Shown in pieces: positions 14,555 to 22,758 of a stretch of 24,000 nucleotides of DNA (within the stretch, counting starts at the first letter, position 1; each line of letters starts with the position of its first letter). Both the position numbers and the translations under genes were made by a program. The notes below the pieces were generated by a model. That model was not told the DNA's origin and made no database searches. It saw nothing but the letters and a program-made list of their open reading frames with translations. The DNA is from Eubacterium callanderi (GTDB lineage Bacteria > Bacillota > Clostridia > Eubacteriales > Eubacteriaceae). Where the stretch lies: assembly GCF_900142645.1 (NCBI RefSeq), contig NZ_FRBP01000008.1, positions 6,743-30,742 of the forward strand. The letters run 5' to 3'.

Positions 14555-17500
14555 ATGTATAAAAACAAAGCTTTGAAAAAAACACTTTCGCTGCTTTTTG
14601 CGTTCTTATTCACCTTGCTGACGCTGTTGTCACCGCTGAGCTCAATGGTGGCAAAAGCCGAGAAAGGTGAGGATCTGCCACCGACGGGTGACTTGGCGCA
14701 GTACGCAGTAAACGAAGTCGGACAATCCGATCAGGGCTGGGTCATTTACGCGTCTAAAGATCCTAACTACAATCCCATGACGCGGGCATCCGGCAGCTCC
14801 GGCGTGTCTGTCTCGAAAGATTACGGGGGATATACGAGTTACACCCAGATTATCACCGTCGTGGACGATTCCGGTGTCGCGCATACCGCGTACTGTATTG
14901 AGCCCGATAAGAATACGCCCAATGGAACCATCTATAACCAGCAGATCACGGATAACGCTCAACTGAGAACCGTGCTCTATTACGGCTATGACGGCCCAGG
15001 AGGGGCTGAATTCATGGCCCGTGAAGGCGGCGATGCGCAGAGCGCTTTCATGGATACCTGGTGGGCAGTAAGATTGGCCTGTGGAGAAACGTCATCGAAC
15101 CCCGCGGTTTATAACGATCCCAATATCCGCTGGCTGCTTGACCACGCGCCAGTTGAAGTTGGGGGCATCACGGTAAGTGGCTCACCGGATACCCGGTGGA
15201 ACGTTGGTGAAAAGATGCAGGAAACTGACTGGTACACCACCAGCGGCTCCGGTACCTTTACCCTTGAACTCGATGGTCTGGGCATTGTTGCAAAACTGAG
15301 TGACAGCCGTACCATCACTTCCACCACTTCAGGTATTCCAGTAGGAACGGCTTTCAAATTGTGTGCAGGCCCGGAAAAAGATGGAACCGTTACGGTACCG
15401 ATCAAAGCCACCGGCGTGGCTTATGCAAGCCTGATGTTTATCCCGGCGTCTGAACCGGATACACAGAGTGTTGTGGCCGGTGCCAGTGTTCAGGGGCAGG
15501 GACAGGAAGCTTCCGCTAGTGCAAACTTTGTGAAGCGCGTGACTTACCCGGATGTACAAAAAACCGACAATCGCCATCTGGCCCTTGATCTGAGCAAAAC
15601 ACAGCCATCCGGGGACGCTAGTCTTGACGGAGCCGTTTTTGGCCTTTACAAAGATCCAGAATGCACCCAGCTGGTGACTCAGGCAACCGTAACGAATGGG
15701 ATTGCTGACTTTGGCGCGGTTGTCTTAGGCGACTATTTTTACAAAGAAATCAGTGCCGGTAACGGCTATAAAACTAATGAAACCGTCTATCCGGTCACCG
15801 TATGGGCAGAAGGCATGCAGGGCGTTACGGAGATCCCCAACGATGTTAAAACCAATCCTGTCAGCATTGTCAAATATGCGATCACTGATCCAGACAATGT
15901 GGATGATGTGTTAAATCCCCTGGCAAACGTTGATTTTACCCTGACCTTAAAGTCAGCCATCGACAAAGGCGAAAAGCTGACGGAAGGGGACAATTTGTTT
16001 AGCGGAAAAACCGACGAAAATGGCCGTATCCGCTGGGAAAATGTTCCTGTGGGGACTTATATCCTTCACGAAGTTAAAACGCCAGAGGGCTTTATTCCCA
16101 TTGATGATCTGATCGTTGTCGTTGACGGCAGCGGCGAAGAAATTGAGATTCCGCTTACCAACAAAATGATGTACGGCGATCTTATTATCGTGAAGAAAGA
16201 TTCGGAAACACAGAAAGAAATCCCGGTATCCGGGGTCAAATTCAAGGTCATTGACCTGGCGACCATGCAGTTTGTCAAACAGTCCAGTGCAGCAACCCTG
16301 TTTATACCGACCGATACCTTTAAGACCAACGATGAAGGGAAATTGTCCCTTCCGAAAAAACTCAAAAGCGGCAGCTACGCCGTGGTTGAAGCTTCGTCTC
16401 CGGATGGTTACTTAACCGCAGGACTGACCGCCAGCAACAACACGCAAAAATATACGGTTGACGGCAAAGAATACCAGGGTATCCCGGTCACCATCAGCCC
16501 GACAACCTGCGATAAAATTGAAATTGACGGCAAAACGGAATACAGCAGCACAGTCAGTGTCTACGATCAACCGGCCAAAGGACGGATTGAAGTCACCAAA
16601 ACCGGCGACCAGCTGGACGGTACTAAAACCACTCCAAGCAAATATGGCAATGTCACAGAATTTATTTTTAATGAAAAAGCCTTAAAAGGCACGGTATTTG
16701 AAGTTTATGCGGACGAAGACATTACGACACCCGACGGCACCGTTCGCCTGCACAAAGGCGATCTGGCGGACACCCTGACCACCGGAGATAACGGAAAGGC
16801 CATTACCAAAGACCTTTACTTAGGCAAATACAAAGTGGTCGAAAAATCCGCGCCGGAAGGTTTTGTCAACGCGGGAACGGAGCAGAAAGTCACCCTGAAA
16901 TATAAAGGTGAAACCGTTCAGGCATCCGACAATGTCGAAAACACCGCCTTCCACAATGACCGCCAGAACGTTGAGTTTCAACTGACAAAACTGGAACAGG
17001 AAATCGACAAGATTGAACAGGAAGGTGACGGCGTCACCTTCCATTATAAGGATGTTCCGGCCAATGACATCGACTTTGGCCTTTACACCAAAGAAGCCAT
17101 GAGTGACGGTAAAGGCGGCACCATCGCCGCGGACACACTGGTATCGGTGAAGACCGTGAAAAAAGGCCAGGCAAACACCGTTGAAAACCTGCCTGCCGGT
17201 AACTACTACCTGAAAGAACTCAGCACCAAGGATCATCTGGAAGATAACAATTTCCGTTATGAAGTCACTTATGCCATCCAGGGCAACGATCCGCTGGTGG
17301 TGGTTCAGGCCAATAAAGGTGAAGCCATCAAAAATTACTATGTAGAGCGTCCTTTTGAGTTTACAAAAAAGGATGTTTCGGATGGCATGTTGATTCCGGG
17401 CGTCACCGTCAATGTTTACGACGAAACCGGGGAGAACATCATCTTTACCGGAAAAACCAATGAAAACGGCGAAATTACCATCACACTGCCAGCAGGCAAA

Positions 17501-18580
17501 TACTTTTATCAGGAAGTCGATGCACCAGCGCCGTACTTATGCCCGGACGATTTATACCCGTTTGAAATCACCAAAGACAATAAAGTCACCCAGGCACTCA
17601 TGACCGATGAGATGGCCATGGGGAATATCCGGTTACACAAAGCAGCTGAAGACCGGAATAATTACACCATTGACGCATCCGGAAAGGTTAACTACAAAGA
17701 AAAAGACCTTGAAGGGGCTGAATACGCGGTGAAAGCAGCCGAAGACATCGTCACACCGGAGGGGGTCGTCAAAGCCTTTAAAGGCGATACTGTCGCCCAT
17801 ATGGTCACAGACAAAAAAGGAGAAGCCACGATTACAGAAGCTTTCTTCATGACCAAAGAGGGTGCAGCTGCCCGGATGACGGAAGATACGGAAAAACCAG
17901 ATGTGAAGTCTGAAGGGACAGAGACACCGGGCACTGACAAACCAGACACCGAAGCAAAAGCGGTTGAGCCGATGGATCTCAAAAAAGTCGATGAAACATC
18001 GACCGTTCCGGTAAAATCCGAAACGGCTTTATTCCTTGGCAGCGGCACGGCCAAGTATGACGTGGTGGAAACCAAAGCCCCGGACGGTTATCGTTTGGAT
18101 GAAACCATCCATACCGTGGAGCTGAGCTTCAAAGACAATAAAACCCCACTGGTGGAAGTTAAGCTTGAATGCTTCAACGAAGCCAAAGGCGGAGACATTG
18201 TTCTTTACAAAGAAGATACCGAAGCCAAAACAGCCCTTCCGAACGCAGAGATCAGCGTGATGGATGCGGATCAGAAGGTGATTTTCAAAGGAAAATCCGA
18301 CGAGCAGGGTAACCTGAAAGTCGGCAAGCTGCCAGATGGCGAGTATTTCTATCAGGAAACCAAAGCGCCGGAGGGCTATGTTCTTGATTCAACCATCTAT
18401 GAACTGAAAGTTGTGGATCATGAAACCACAACCGCCGCGCTGGGCAATGTGAAGGAAAAGATTCCGGATACCGGGATTGATTCAAACAACAGCCCGCTTT
18501 TCATTGGACTGGTTGGCGGCGCTGCCTTGGTTTGTGCAATTACTTTAGGGGTTCATAACCGCCGAAAAGCAAAGCGATAA
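14555..18580 (+). CDS. giant cell-wall-anchored adhesin: signal peptide, thioester-type (TED/TQXA-like) N-terminal module, eight Cna-B/SpaA-type (prealbumin-fold) domains, IPDTG sorting signal (1341 aa)
   Basis: SD GAGAGGAAG. Signal LLFAFLFTLLTLLSPLSSMVAKA. AYCIEPDKNTP (Cys codon 14894-14896) and LYYGYDG resemble thioester-domain motifs. Eight repeats carry the G-x-Y-x-x-x-E-x-x-(A/S/T)P-x-G(Y/F) E-box-like motif. The C-terminus is IPDTG (18461-18475) + hydrophobic segment + NRRKAKR. Confidence 0.9.
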   Translation: MYKNKALKKTLSLLFAFLFTLLTLLSPLSSMVAKAEKGEDLPPTGDLAQYAVNEVGQSDQGWVIYASKDPNYNPMTRASGSSGVSVSKDYGGYTSYTQIITVVDDSGVAHTAYCIEPDKNTPNGTIYNQQITDNAQLRTVLYYGYDGPGGAEFMAREGGDAQSAFMDTWWAVRLACGETSSNPAVYNDPNIRWLLDHAPVEVGGITVSGSPDTRWNVGEKMQETDWYTTSGSGTFTLELDGLGIVAKLSDSRTITSTTSGIPVGTAFKLCAGPEKDGTVTVPIKATGVAYASLMFIPASEPDTQSVVAGASVQGQGQEASASANFVKRVTYPDVQKTDNRHLALDLSKTQPSGDASLDGAVFGLYKDPECTQLVTQATVTNGIADFGAVVLGDYFYKEISAGNGYKTNETVYPVTVWAEGMQGVTEIPNDVKTNPVSIVKYAITDPDNVDDVLNPLANVDFTLTLKSAIDKGEKLTEGDNLFSGKTDENGRIRWENVPVGTYILHEVKTPEGFIPIDDLIVVVDGSGEEIEIPLTNKMMYGDLIIVKKDSETQKEIPVSGVKFKVIDLATMQFVKQSSAATLFIPTDTFKTNDEGKLSLPKKLKSGSYAVVEASSPDGYLTAGLTASNNTQKYTVDGKEYQGIPVTISPTTCDKIEIDGKTEYSSTVSVYDQPAKGRIEVTKTGDQLDGTKTTPSKYGNVTEFIFNEKALKGTVFEVYADEDITTPDGTVRLHKGDLADTLTTGDNGKAITKDLYLGKYKVVEKSAPEGFVNAGTEQKVTLKYKGETVQASDNVENTAFHNDRQNVEFQLTKLEQEIDKIEQEGDGVTFHYKDVPANDIDFGLYTKEAMSDGKGGTIAADTLVSVKTVKKGQANTVENLPAGNYYLKELSTKDHLEDNNFRYEVTYAIQGNDPLVVVQANKGEAIKNYYVERPFEFTKKDVSDGMLIPGVTVNVYDETGENIIFTGKTNENGEITITLPAGKYFYQEVDAPAPYLCPDDLYPFEITKDNKVTQALMTDEMAMGNIRLHKAAEDRNNYTIDASGKVNYKEKDLEGAEYAVKAAEDIVTPEGVVKAFKGDTVAHMVTDKKGEATITEAFFMTKEGAAARMTEDTEKPDVKSEGTETPGTDKPDTEAKAVEPMDLKKVDETSTVPVKSETALFLGSGTAKYDVVETKAPDGYRLDETIHTVELSFKDNKTPLVEVKLECFNEAKGGDIVLYKEDTEAKTALPNAEISVMDADQKVIFKGKSDEQGNLKVGKLPDGEYFYQETKAPEGYVLDSTIYELKVVDHETTTAALGNVKEKIPDTGIDSNNSPLFIGLVGGAALVCAITLGVHNRRKAKR

Positions 18581-18610
18581 TCTGAGCGAACGTAATTATT
18601 ACACACATTG

Positions 18611-18640
18611 GAGTGCCTGGTGCTTCCGGGCACTCTTTTC
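18611..18640 (+). terminator. rho-independent terminator after the giant adhesin gene
   Basis: GAGTGCCTGG-tgctt-CCGGGCACTC (10-bp stem with one G-U pair) followed by TTTT, 31 nt after the stop. Confidence 0.8.
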
Positions 18641-18728
18641 AATTATGGGAATGCAAGTAACTATCATATATAGTCATATGTGGTCAATGCTATAGAACGG
18701 AGGATAGCCTGCGGAAGGAAAACTGGCA

Positions 18729-18908
18729 TTGTATGATGCGGCGGAGAAATTTGCCGCTAACGTTACTAATCGAAACAAAGATAACGGGGAGAGAATCCCT
18801 GATAACACGGCGGTGAAGATTCAGTTTTTTGATACAGATTATACGCTTGGTTTGTATCATATCTGGGGCAGTACCAGACACCGCCATTCATTTCCTTTAT
18901 TTCTTTGA
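18729..18908 (+). CDS. candidate 59-aa ORF or gene remnant (below the 60-aa ORF-track cutoff)
   Basis: Hand translation from TTG 18729: LYDAAEKFAANVTNRNKDNGERIPDNTAVKIQFFDTDYTLGLYHIWGSTRHRHSFPLFL. The composition is protein-like. GGAAGGA lies 9 nt upstream. The frame is open from 18708 with no ATG. A GC-rich hairpin (18913-18937) follows the stop. No family recognised. Confidence 0.25.
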   Translation: MYDAAEKFAANVTNRNKDNGERIPDNTAVKIQFFDTDYTLGLYHIWGSTRHRHSFPLFL

Positions 18909-19035
18909 AATAGCCGGGGCGGCTACGCCGCTTCGGCAATCCTTTCAAAGAAGCACCATTTAGTGGAGGTGATGCCGATTTTTAAATTAAATAACGATAA
19001 CCGCAGATTGATCATGCTTCAAACAGCCATAACAG

Positions 19036-19057
19036 ACAGCTCAGGGAGCTGTTTTTT
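19036..19057 (+). terminator. terminator-like hairpin in the leader of the pilus operon
   Basis: ACAGCTC-agg-GAGCTGT followed by T6 (19052-19057), 153 nt upstream of the TTG start at 19210. Confidence 0.6.
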
Positions 19058-19209
19058 ATTGATCAAAAAGAAAAGAGAAAGGGGAGAAGATCCATGTGCT
19101 ACGTGAGAGCACCAACATGCACCGCACCAACCGAAACGGTGGGCTTAAGAATAAGCAATATAAGAGCAATTTAAGCCTTAAGCCCAAAGAAAAAATAAGG
19201 AGGTCTAAA

Positions 19210-21168
19210 TTGAAAAAACATTTGCGGAAAATAGGGGTCACAACCCTGTGTCTGTTCTTAATGTTTTCCTTCCTGAGTGGTTTTCTCCTGTCCATTCATA
19301 CGGCCTGGGCGGCATCGGAGCGTCAGGTGGCACCAGCAACAGAAACAACGGAGCCACAGACGGATTCAAAAAATGAACAGAGCGAATTTCCGAAAGATGA
19401 TCAGGGCAACTATATTGTCGGAAATTCCGGAGAAGGTGTTGTCACACTCTCGGCCAATCCAGAATATTTAAAGACGGTTCCCCTTGGGGATCACAAAAAG
19501 TCCATGATCAGTACTTATGCTGCAGGCTGGGATGATGGAGTGATCTACAGTTCAGACTTTGCAAGCCCAGACGGCACCGACATTATTACCACCACGACAC
19601 CGATCATCCGGATCAGTGATAACGGCGTTGACGGTATCGCGTACTGCGCCGATCCAACGTTGAATATTCCTTCTGAAACAACCGGGCCGAATATACCAAT
19701 CACCTATATCCGGGACAGCGCCAACGTACAGAGCTACCGGATTCGAAATGTCATGTATCATGGCTACCATGATGGGCAGAGCGGAGAATACTATGTCCAG
19801 ACCTGGGCTGCCATTCGTGTGCTTGCCGGAATATCCAGTTACAGCAGTTATTACATGACCGATCCTGTCGTCGCTGATCTGGTCAACACCAAGAGCTATC
19901 AAGACCCACCCAACTGGAATGCGAGCTGGAGCATTGTCGCGGAGCGAGAGGAAGCGACATGGAACAGAGCAACCCAGCGACAGGAAACCGGGTGGTTTCA
20001 GACAGTATGTTCGAATATTTCAGAGCATGGCCAATACACCGTGAATCTGCCGCAAGGTGTCCACGCGATTGCCCGGAACACTTCCGGACAGACCTATGGA
20101 GACTATACGGGCAGCTTTACCATTTATGACGACGATGATTTTATGCTTTATGCCGATGGTAGCTATAGCGGCGACGTGAGCGCAACCATTACCCCAACCA
20201 CCGCCAAGCGTTTCAGTACCGATGCCAATATTCCCGATGCCTGTGTGATCTATTATCCGGATGTTCCCAATACACAGCGGCTTTTTGTGTCCCTTGCCGT
20301 GGGATCAGGGAACATGTCTGCAAGCTATAAGGCAACTTTTAAAGGGAAGAACGTCTATAGTCAATTCACGAAAACCGATGAAGAAACCCTTGATGGCTTG
20401 CAGAACGCCCATCTCCAGATCTACAACAAAGACACGGATGAACTGGTTGCAGAGGCGGATACGGACGAGCTGGGACGGTTTCATGTGGAGCTTTTCCCAG
20501 GAGAGTATTACATTAAAGAAACAAAAGCGCCACACGATCACATTTTATCGACCGATCCCATTTACTTCACCGTAACAGGGACAGAGGACTCTATGACCAT
20601 GGATGTCCCCAATGCGGCCCAAAAGGTGGAGTTTTCCTTTAAAAAGGTGGATGAAAACGGGCAGGCAATGCCGGGGGTTGAATTCGAGCTATACGCCTGC
20701 AAATATGACAAAGCATATTCAGACCAAACAGGAATAAAACCAGGGGAATCCGATAAACACAGTCACAGCGAATTGGCAGGAGCAGACGATTCATGTTGGA
20801 CGACTGTGATTAAGAAATTGACATCCGATACGAACGGAAATGTCAATTTTGGTGAACTTCGAAGCGGTGAATATAACCTGGTTGAAGTGAAAACAAAGGC
20901 CGGGTATCAGCTGCCAAAGGGACAGTGGCGGGTAACGATTGACGCTGAAGCAAACACCATTGACATTAAAGCAAAAGGAAAACCACTGGCCCCGGCAGTT
21001 AAGAAAACAGCTACAGGCTTGCAGCTTGTCAATTATCCGAATCCTCAAATGCCCTATGCGGGGACAAATGATTCGAACCGCTTGCTTTTTAGCTTGTTAG
21101 GCGCATTGTTATTAGGCATGGCTTTTGTAGCTGGTTACAAAAAATTTGAGGAAAGAGGTAAAAAGTAG
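19210..21168 (+). CDS. pilus tip/ancillary adhesin with thioester-type N-terminal module and two Cna-B-type domains; atypical MPYAG sorting signal (652 aa)
   Basis: I moved the start from GTG 19096 to TTG 19210 (AAGGAGG 19197-19203, 6-nt spacer, then a KKHLRKIGVTTLCLFLMFSFLSGFLLSIHTAWA signal peptide). AYCADP (Cys codon 19645-19647), MYHGYHDG and VQTWAAIR are paralogous to the 14555 gene. E-box-like GEYYIKETKAP and GEYNLVEVKTKAGY. C-terminal MPYAG (21049-21063) + TM + KKFEERGKK. Confidence 0.85.
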   Translation: MKKHLRKIGVTTLCLFLMFSFLSGFLLSIHTAWAASERQVAPATETTEPQTDSKNEQSEFPKDDQGNYIVGNSGEGVVTLSANPEYLKTVPLGDHKKSMISTYAAGWDDGVIYSSDFASPDGTDIITTTTPIIRISDNGVDGIAYCADPTLNIPSETTGPNIPITYIRDSANVQSYRIRNVMYHGYHDGQSGEYYVQTWAAIRVLAGISSYSSYYMTDPVVADLVNTKSYQDPPNWNASWSIVAEREEATWNRATQRQETGWFQTVCSNISEHGQYTVNLPQGVHAIARNTSGQTYGDYTGSFTIYDDDDFMLYADGSYSGDVSATITPTTAKRFSTDANIPDACVIYYPDVPNTQRLFVSLAVGSGNMSASYKATFKGKNVYSQFTKTDEETLDGLQNAHLQIYNKDTDELVAEADTDELGRFHVELFPGEYYIKETKAPHDHILSTDPIYFTVTGTEDSMTMDVPNAAQKVEFSFKKVDENGQAMPGVEFELYACKYDKAYSDQTGIKPGESDKHSHSELAGADDSCWTTVIKKLTSDTNGNVNFGELRSGEYNLVEVKTKAGYQLPKGQWRVTIDAEANTIDIKAKGKPLAPAVKKTATGLQLVNYPNPQMPYAGTNDSNRLLFSLLGALLLGMAFVAGYKKFEERGKK

Positions 21169-21169
21169 A

Positions 21170-22720
21170 ATGAAATTTAAAAAATTAATATCAAAGAAAG
21201 GATTTAAAAAAGCGGTGACCGCAGCGCTGACCCTGACCATGTTGTTTTCATCTGTGGTCAGTGTCTTTGCGGCAGGCGAAGGGATTCCAGATCCTGCTAT
21301 CGACCGTAGCATCACCATTCACAAATACCGGATGGACGATATTACAGAGGCAAGGGTAAGGTGTGACGGAACGGTTCAGACGGTGCCGAGTACCGCTGTT
21401 GCTTTGCAAGACGTACAATTTAAAATCACGAAAATGCAGGACAGTGACGTTACCAAACAGGATACGTCATGGACACCGGTTACGCTGACGACCAATGCTC
21501 AGGGAACGGCGACCATTACCGGCAACAGTAAGCTCCCAATGGGGATCTATCTGGTGCAGGAAATCGACAACCCCGCCGTGGACATCAAGGCAGCCGACTG
21601 TCTGGTCAGTCTGCCGCTGACGAATCCGGCAGGTGATGGATGGATCTATGATGTGCATATCTATCCAAAGAACCAACTGAAGCCAGGCCCGGAAATTGAT
21701 AAATTCATCACCGAATTAGACAACAAACATGATACCTGCGACATCAGCCAGGAAAATAAGTGGATCATCGAAACAACCATGCCGGATGACATGGCCACCT
21801 GCGATGTCTACCAGATTACCGATGTGTTGGATACAAGACTTGATTTTGTATCGGGCAGTACGGAACTGTATCGTGTCGATATTCACGGAAACCGTGTAAA
21901 GATGAGCACCGGCGGTTACACCGTCAATGAGCCAACAACTGCAAATGGCAGAAAATTAACCGTCACGCTGAATGACACGGGCAAAAAAGAAGCCGCTCAG
22001 TCCCTGCAAGACATTAAAAAACCAAGTGTTTACAGTTTAGGTCAGGATAACAATGTGGGCACCATCAACATTGAATTCCGAACCGTCTTAAACAAAACCG
22101 CTGAAAGTTCCATGGGGCAGGCGATTTACAATGGCGCTTCCCTGGATTACACCAACAATCTGCATGTCAAATATGATCAGGTATCTGTACCCGACGACAA
22201 AAAGCCTGAGACACATACCACTGGTATTAACCTGGTGAAGGTAGACAGCACCAACCGAAATATCGCATTGCCGGGTGCGAAATTCAAAATCTATCGCAGT
22301 GAAAGCGATGCGAATAAAGGGATTAATGCCATCGTTGACCCGACCGATCACGCCAAAGATTGGGAAGTGACAACCGACGCCCAGGGCAAAGCACATTTTT
22401 ACGGAATTGAGTACGGCATCATGGGCGACAAGCATAACAGTTTAGACGCGGTCACTTGGTACTGGCTCGTGGAAACACAAGCCCCCCAGAATGTCAATGG
22501 TGTGAATTACCAGCTTTCAAAGAAACCTTTTAAAGTGAGAGCCGATTCGGTATCACACTTAGCTGCCAACACGGTGACGATTACCAACGTTCCGAAATAT
22601 GATCTGCCGTTTACAGGCGCAAATGGGGGTACGACGTTCATCATTGGAGCCGGGTTCTGCTTGATTGCTGCAGGTGCATTGATTGTAATAAGAATTAAAA
22701 AGTCGAAAAAGGCTGAATAA
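21170..22720 (+). CDS. major (shaft) pilin, SpaA/SpaH/EbpB-type, LPXTG-anchored (516 aa)
   Basis: ATG lies 1 nt after the upstream stop, with GAGGAAAGAGG SD. Signal peptide, then SITIHKY. Canonical pilin motif WIYDVHIYPKN (Lys codon 21668-21670). E-box YWLVETQAP. LPFTG (22604-22618) + TM + RIKKSKKAE. Confidence 0.9.
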   Translation: MKFKKLISKKGFKKAVTAALTLTMLFSSVVSVFAAGEGIPDPAIDRSITIHKYRMDDITEARVRCDGTVQTVPSTAVALQDVQFKITKMQDSDVTKQDTSWTPVTLTTNAQGTATITGNSKLPMGIYLVQEIDNPAVDIKAADCLVSLPLTNPAGDGWIYDVHIYPKNQLKPGPEIDKFITELDNKHDTCDISQENKWIIETTMPDDMATCDVYQITDVLDTRLDFVSGSTELYRVDIHGNRVKMSTGGYTVNEPTTANGRKLTVTLNDTGKKEAAQSLQDIKKPSVYSLGQDNNVGTINIEFRTVLNKTAESSMGQAIYNGASLDYTNNLHVKYDQVSVPDDKKPETHTTGINLVKVDSTNRNIALPGAKFKIYRSESDANKGINAIVDPTDHAKDWEVTTDAQGKAHFYGIEYGIMGDKHNSLDAVTWYWLVETQAPQNVNGVNYQLSKKPFKVRADSVSHLAANTVTITNVPKYDLPFTGANGGTTFIIGAGFCLIAAGALIVIRIKKSKKAE

Positions 22721-22758
22721 TCGAATAATAGCGCATCGTAAAAGAAAGGAGACAGCAG

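Noticed and set aside
16820-17236. 138-aa minus-strand ORF inside the giant adhesin gene. Similar antisense ORFs lie at 14642-14962, 15109-15411, 15329-15577, 15787-15993, 16066-16365, 17692-18075 and 18285-18485.
   Set aside because: All lie antisense to a long ORF with strong domain and motif support. Their sequences are low-complexity, and I did not look for start contexts. They look like shadow frames of a GC-rich gene.
18690-18948. Two overlapping minus-strand ORFs (18690-18887, 18766-18948) in the adhesin-pilus spacer.
   Set aside because: There is no SD. The sequences are Arg/Cys/Pro-rich and atypical. The + strand frame over the same DNA looks more protein-like. I retained only the + strand 59-codon candidate, at low confidence.
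19096-19209. ORF-track N-terminal extensions: 19096 (GTG) for the tip adhesin, 7201 (TTG) for the regulator, 21146 for the shaft pilin, 9786 (GTG) for the M42 protein, 23599 for the last small ORF.
   Set aside because: For the tip adhesin, regulator, shaft pilin and last small ORF, an internal start has a much better Shine-Dalgarno site. For the tip adhesin and shaft pilin, a proper signal peptide or family-typical N-terminus also begins there. The upstream extensions are basic, low-complexity sequence. The 9786 versus 9798 choice remains uncertain because both have weak SDs.
18641-19209. Possible c-di-GMP (class I or II) or other known riboswitch upstream of the pilus operon, as found before some clostridial adhesin and pilus genes.
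   Set aside because: I could not find the characteristic conserved cores (for example GGCAAACC...ACGCAAAGC-type paired hairpins for class I) by eye. Only generic hairpins are present. An Infernal/Rfam scan is needed before any such call.
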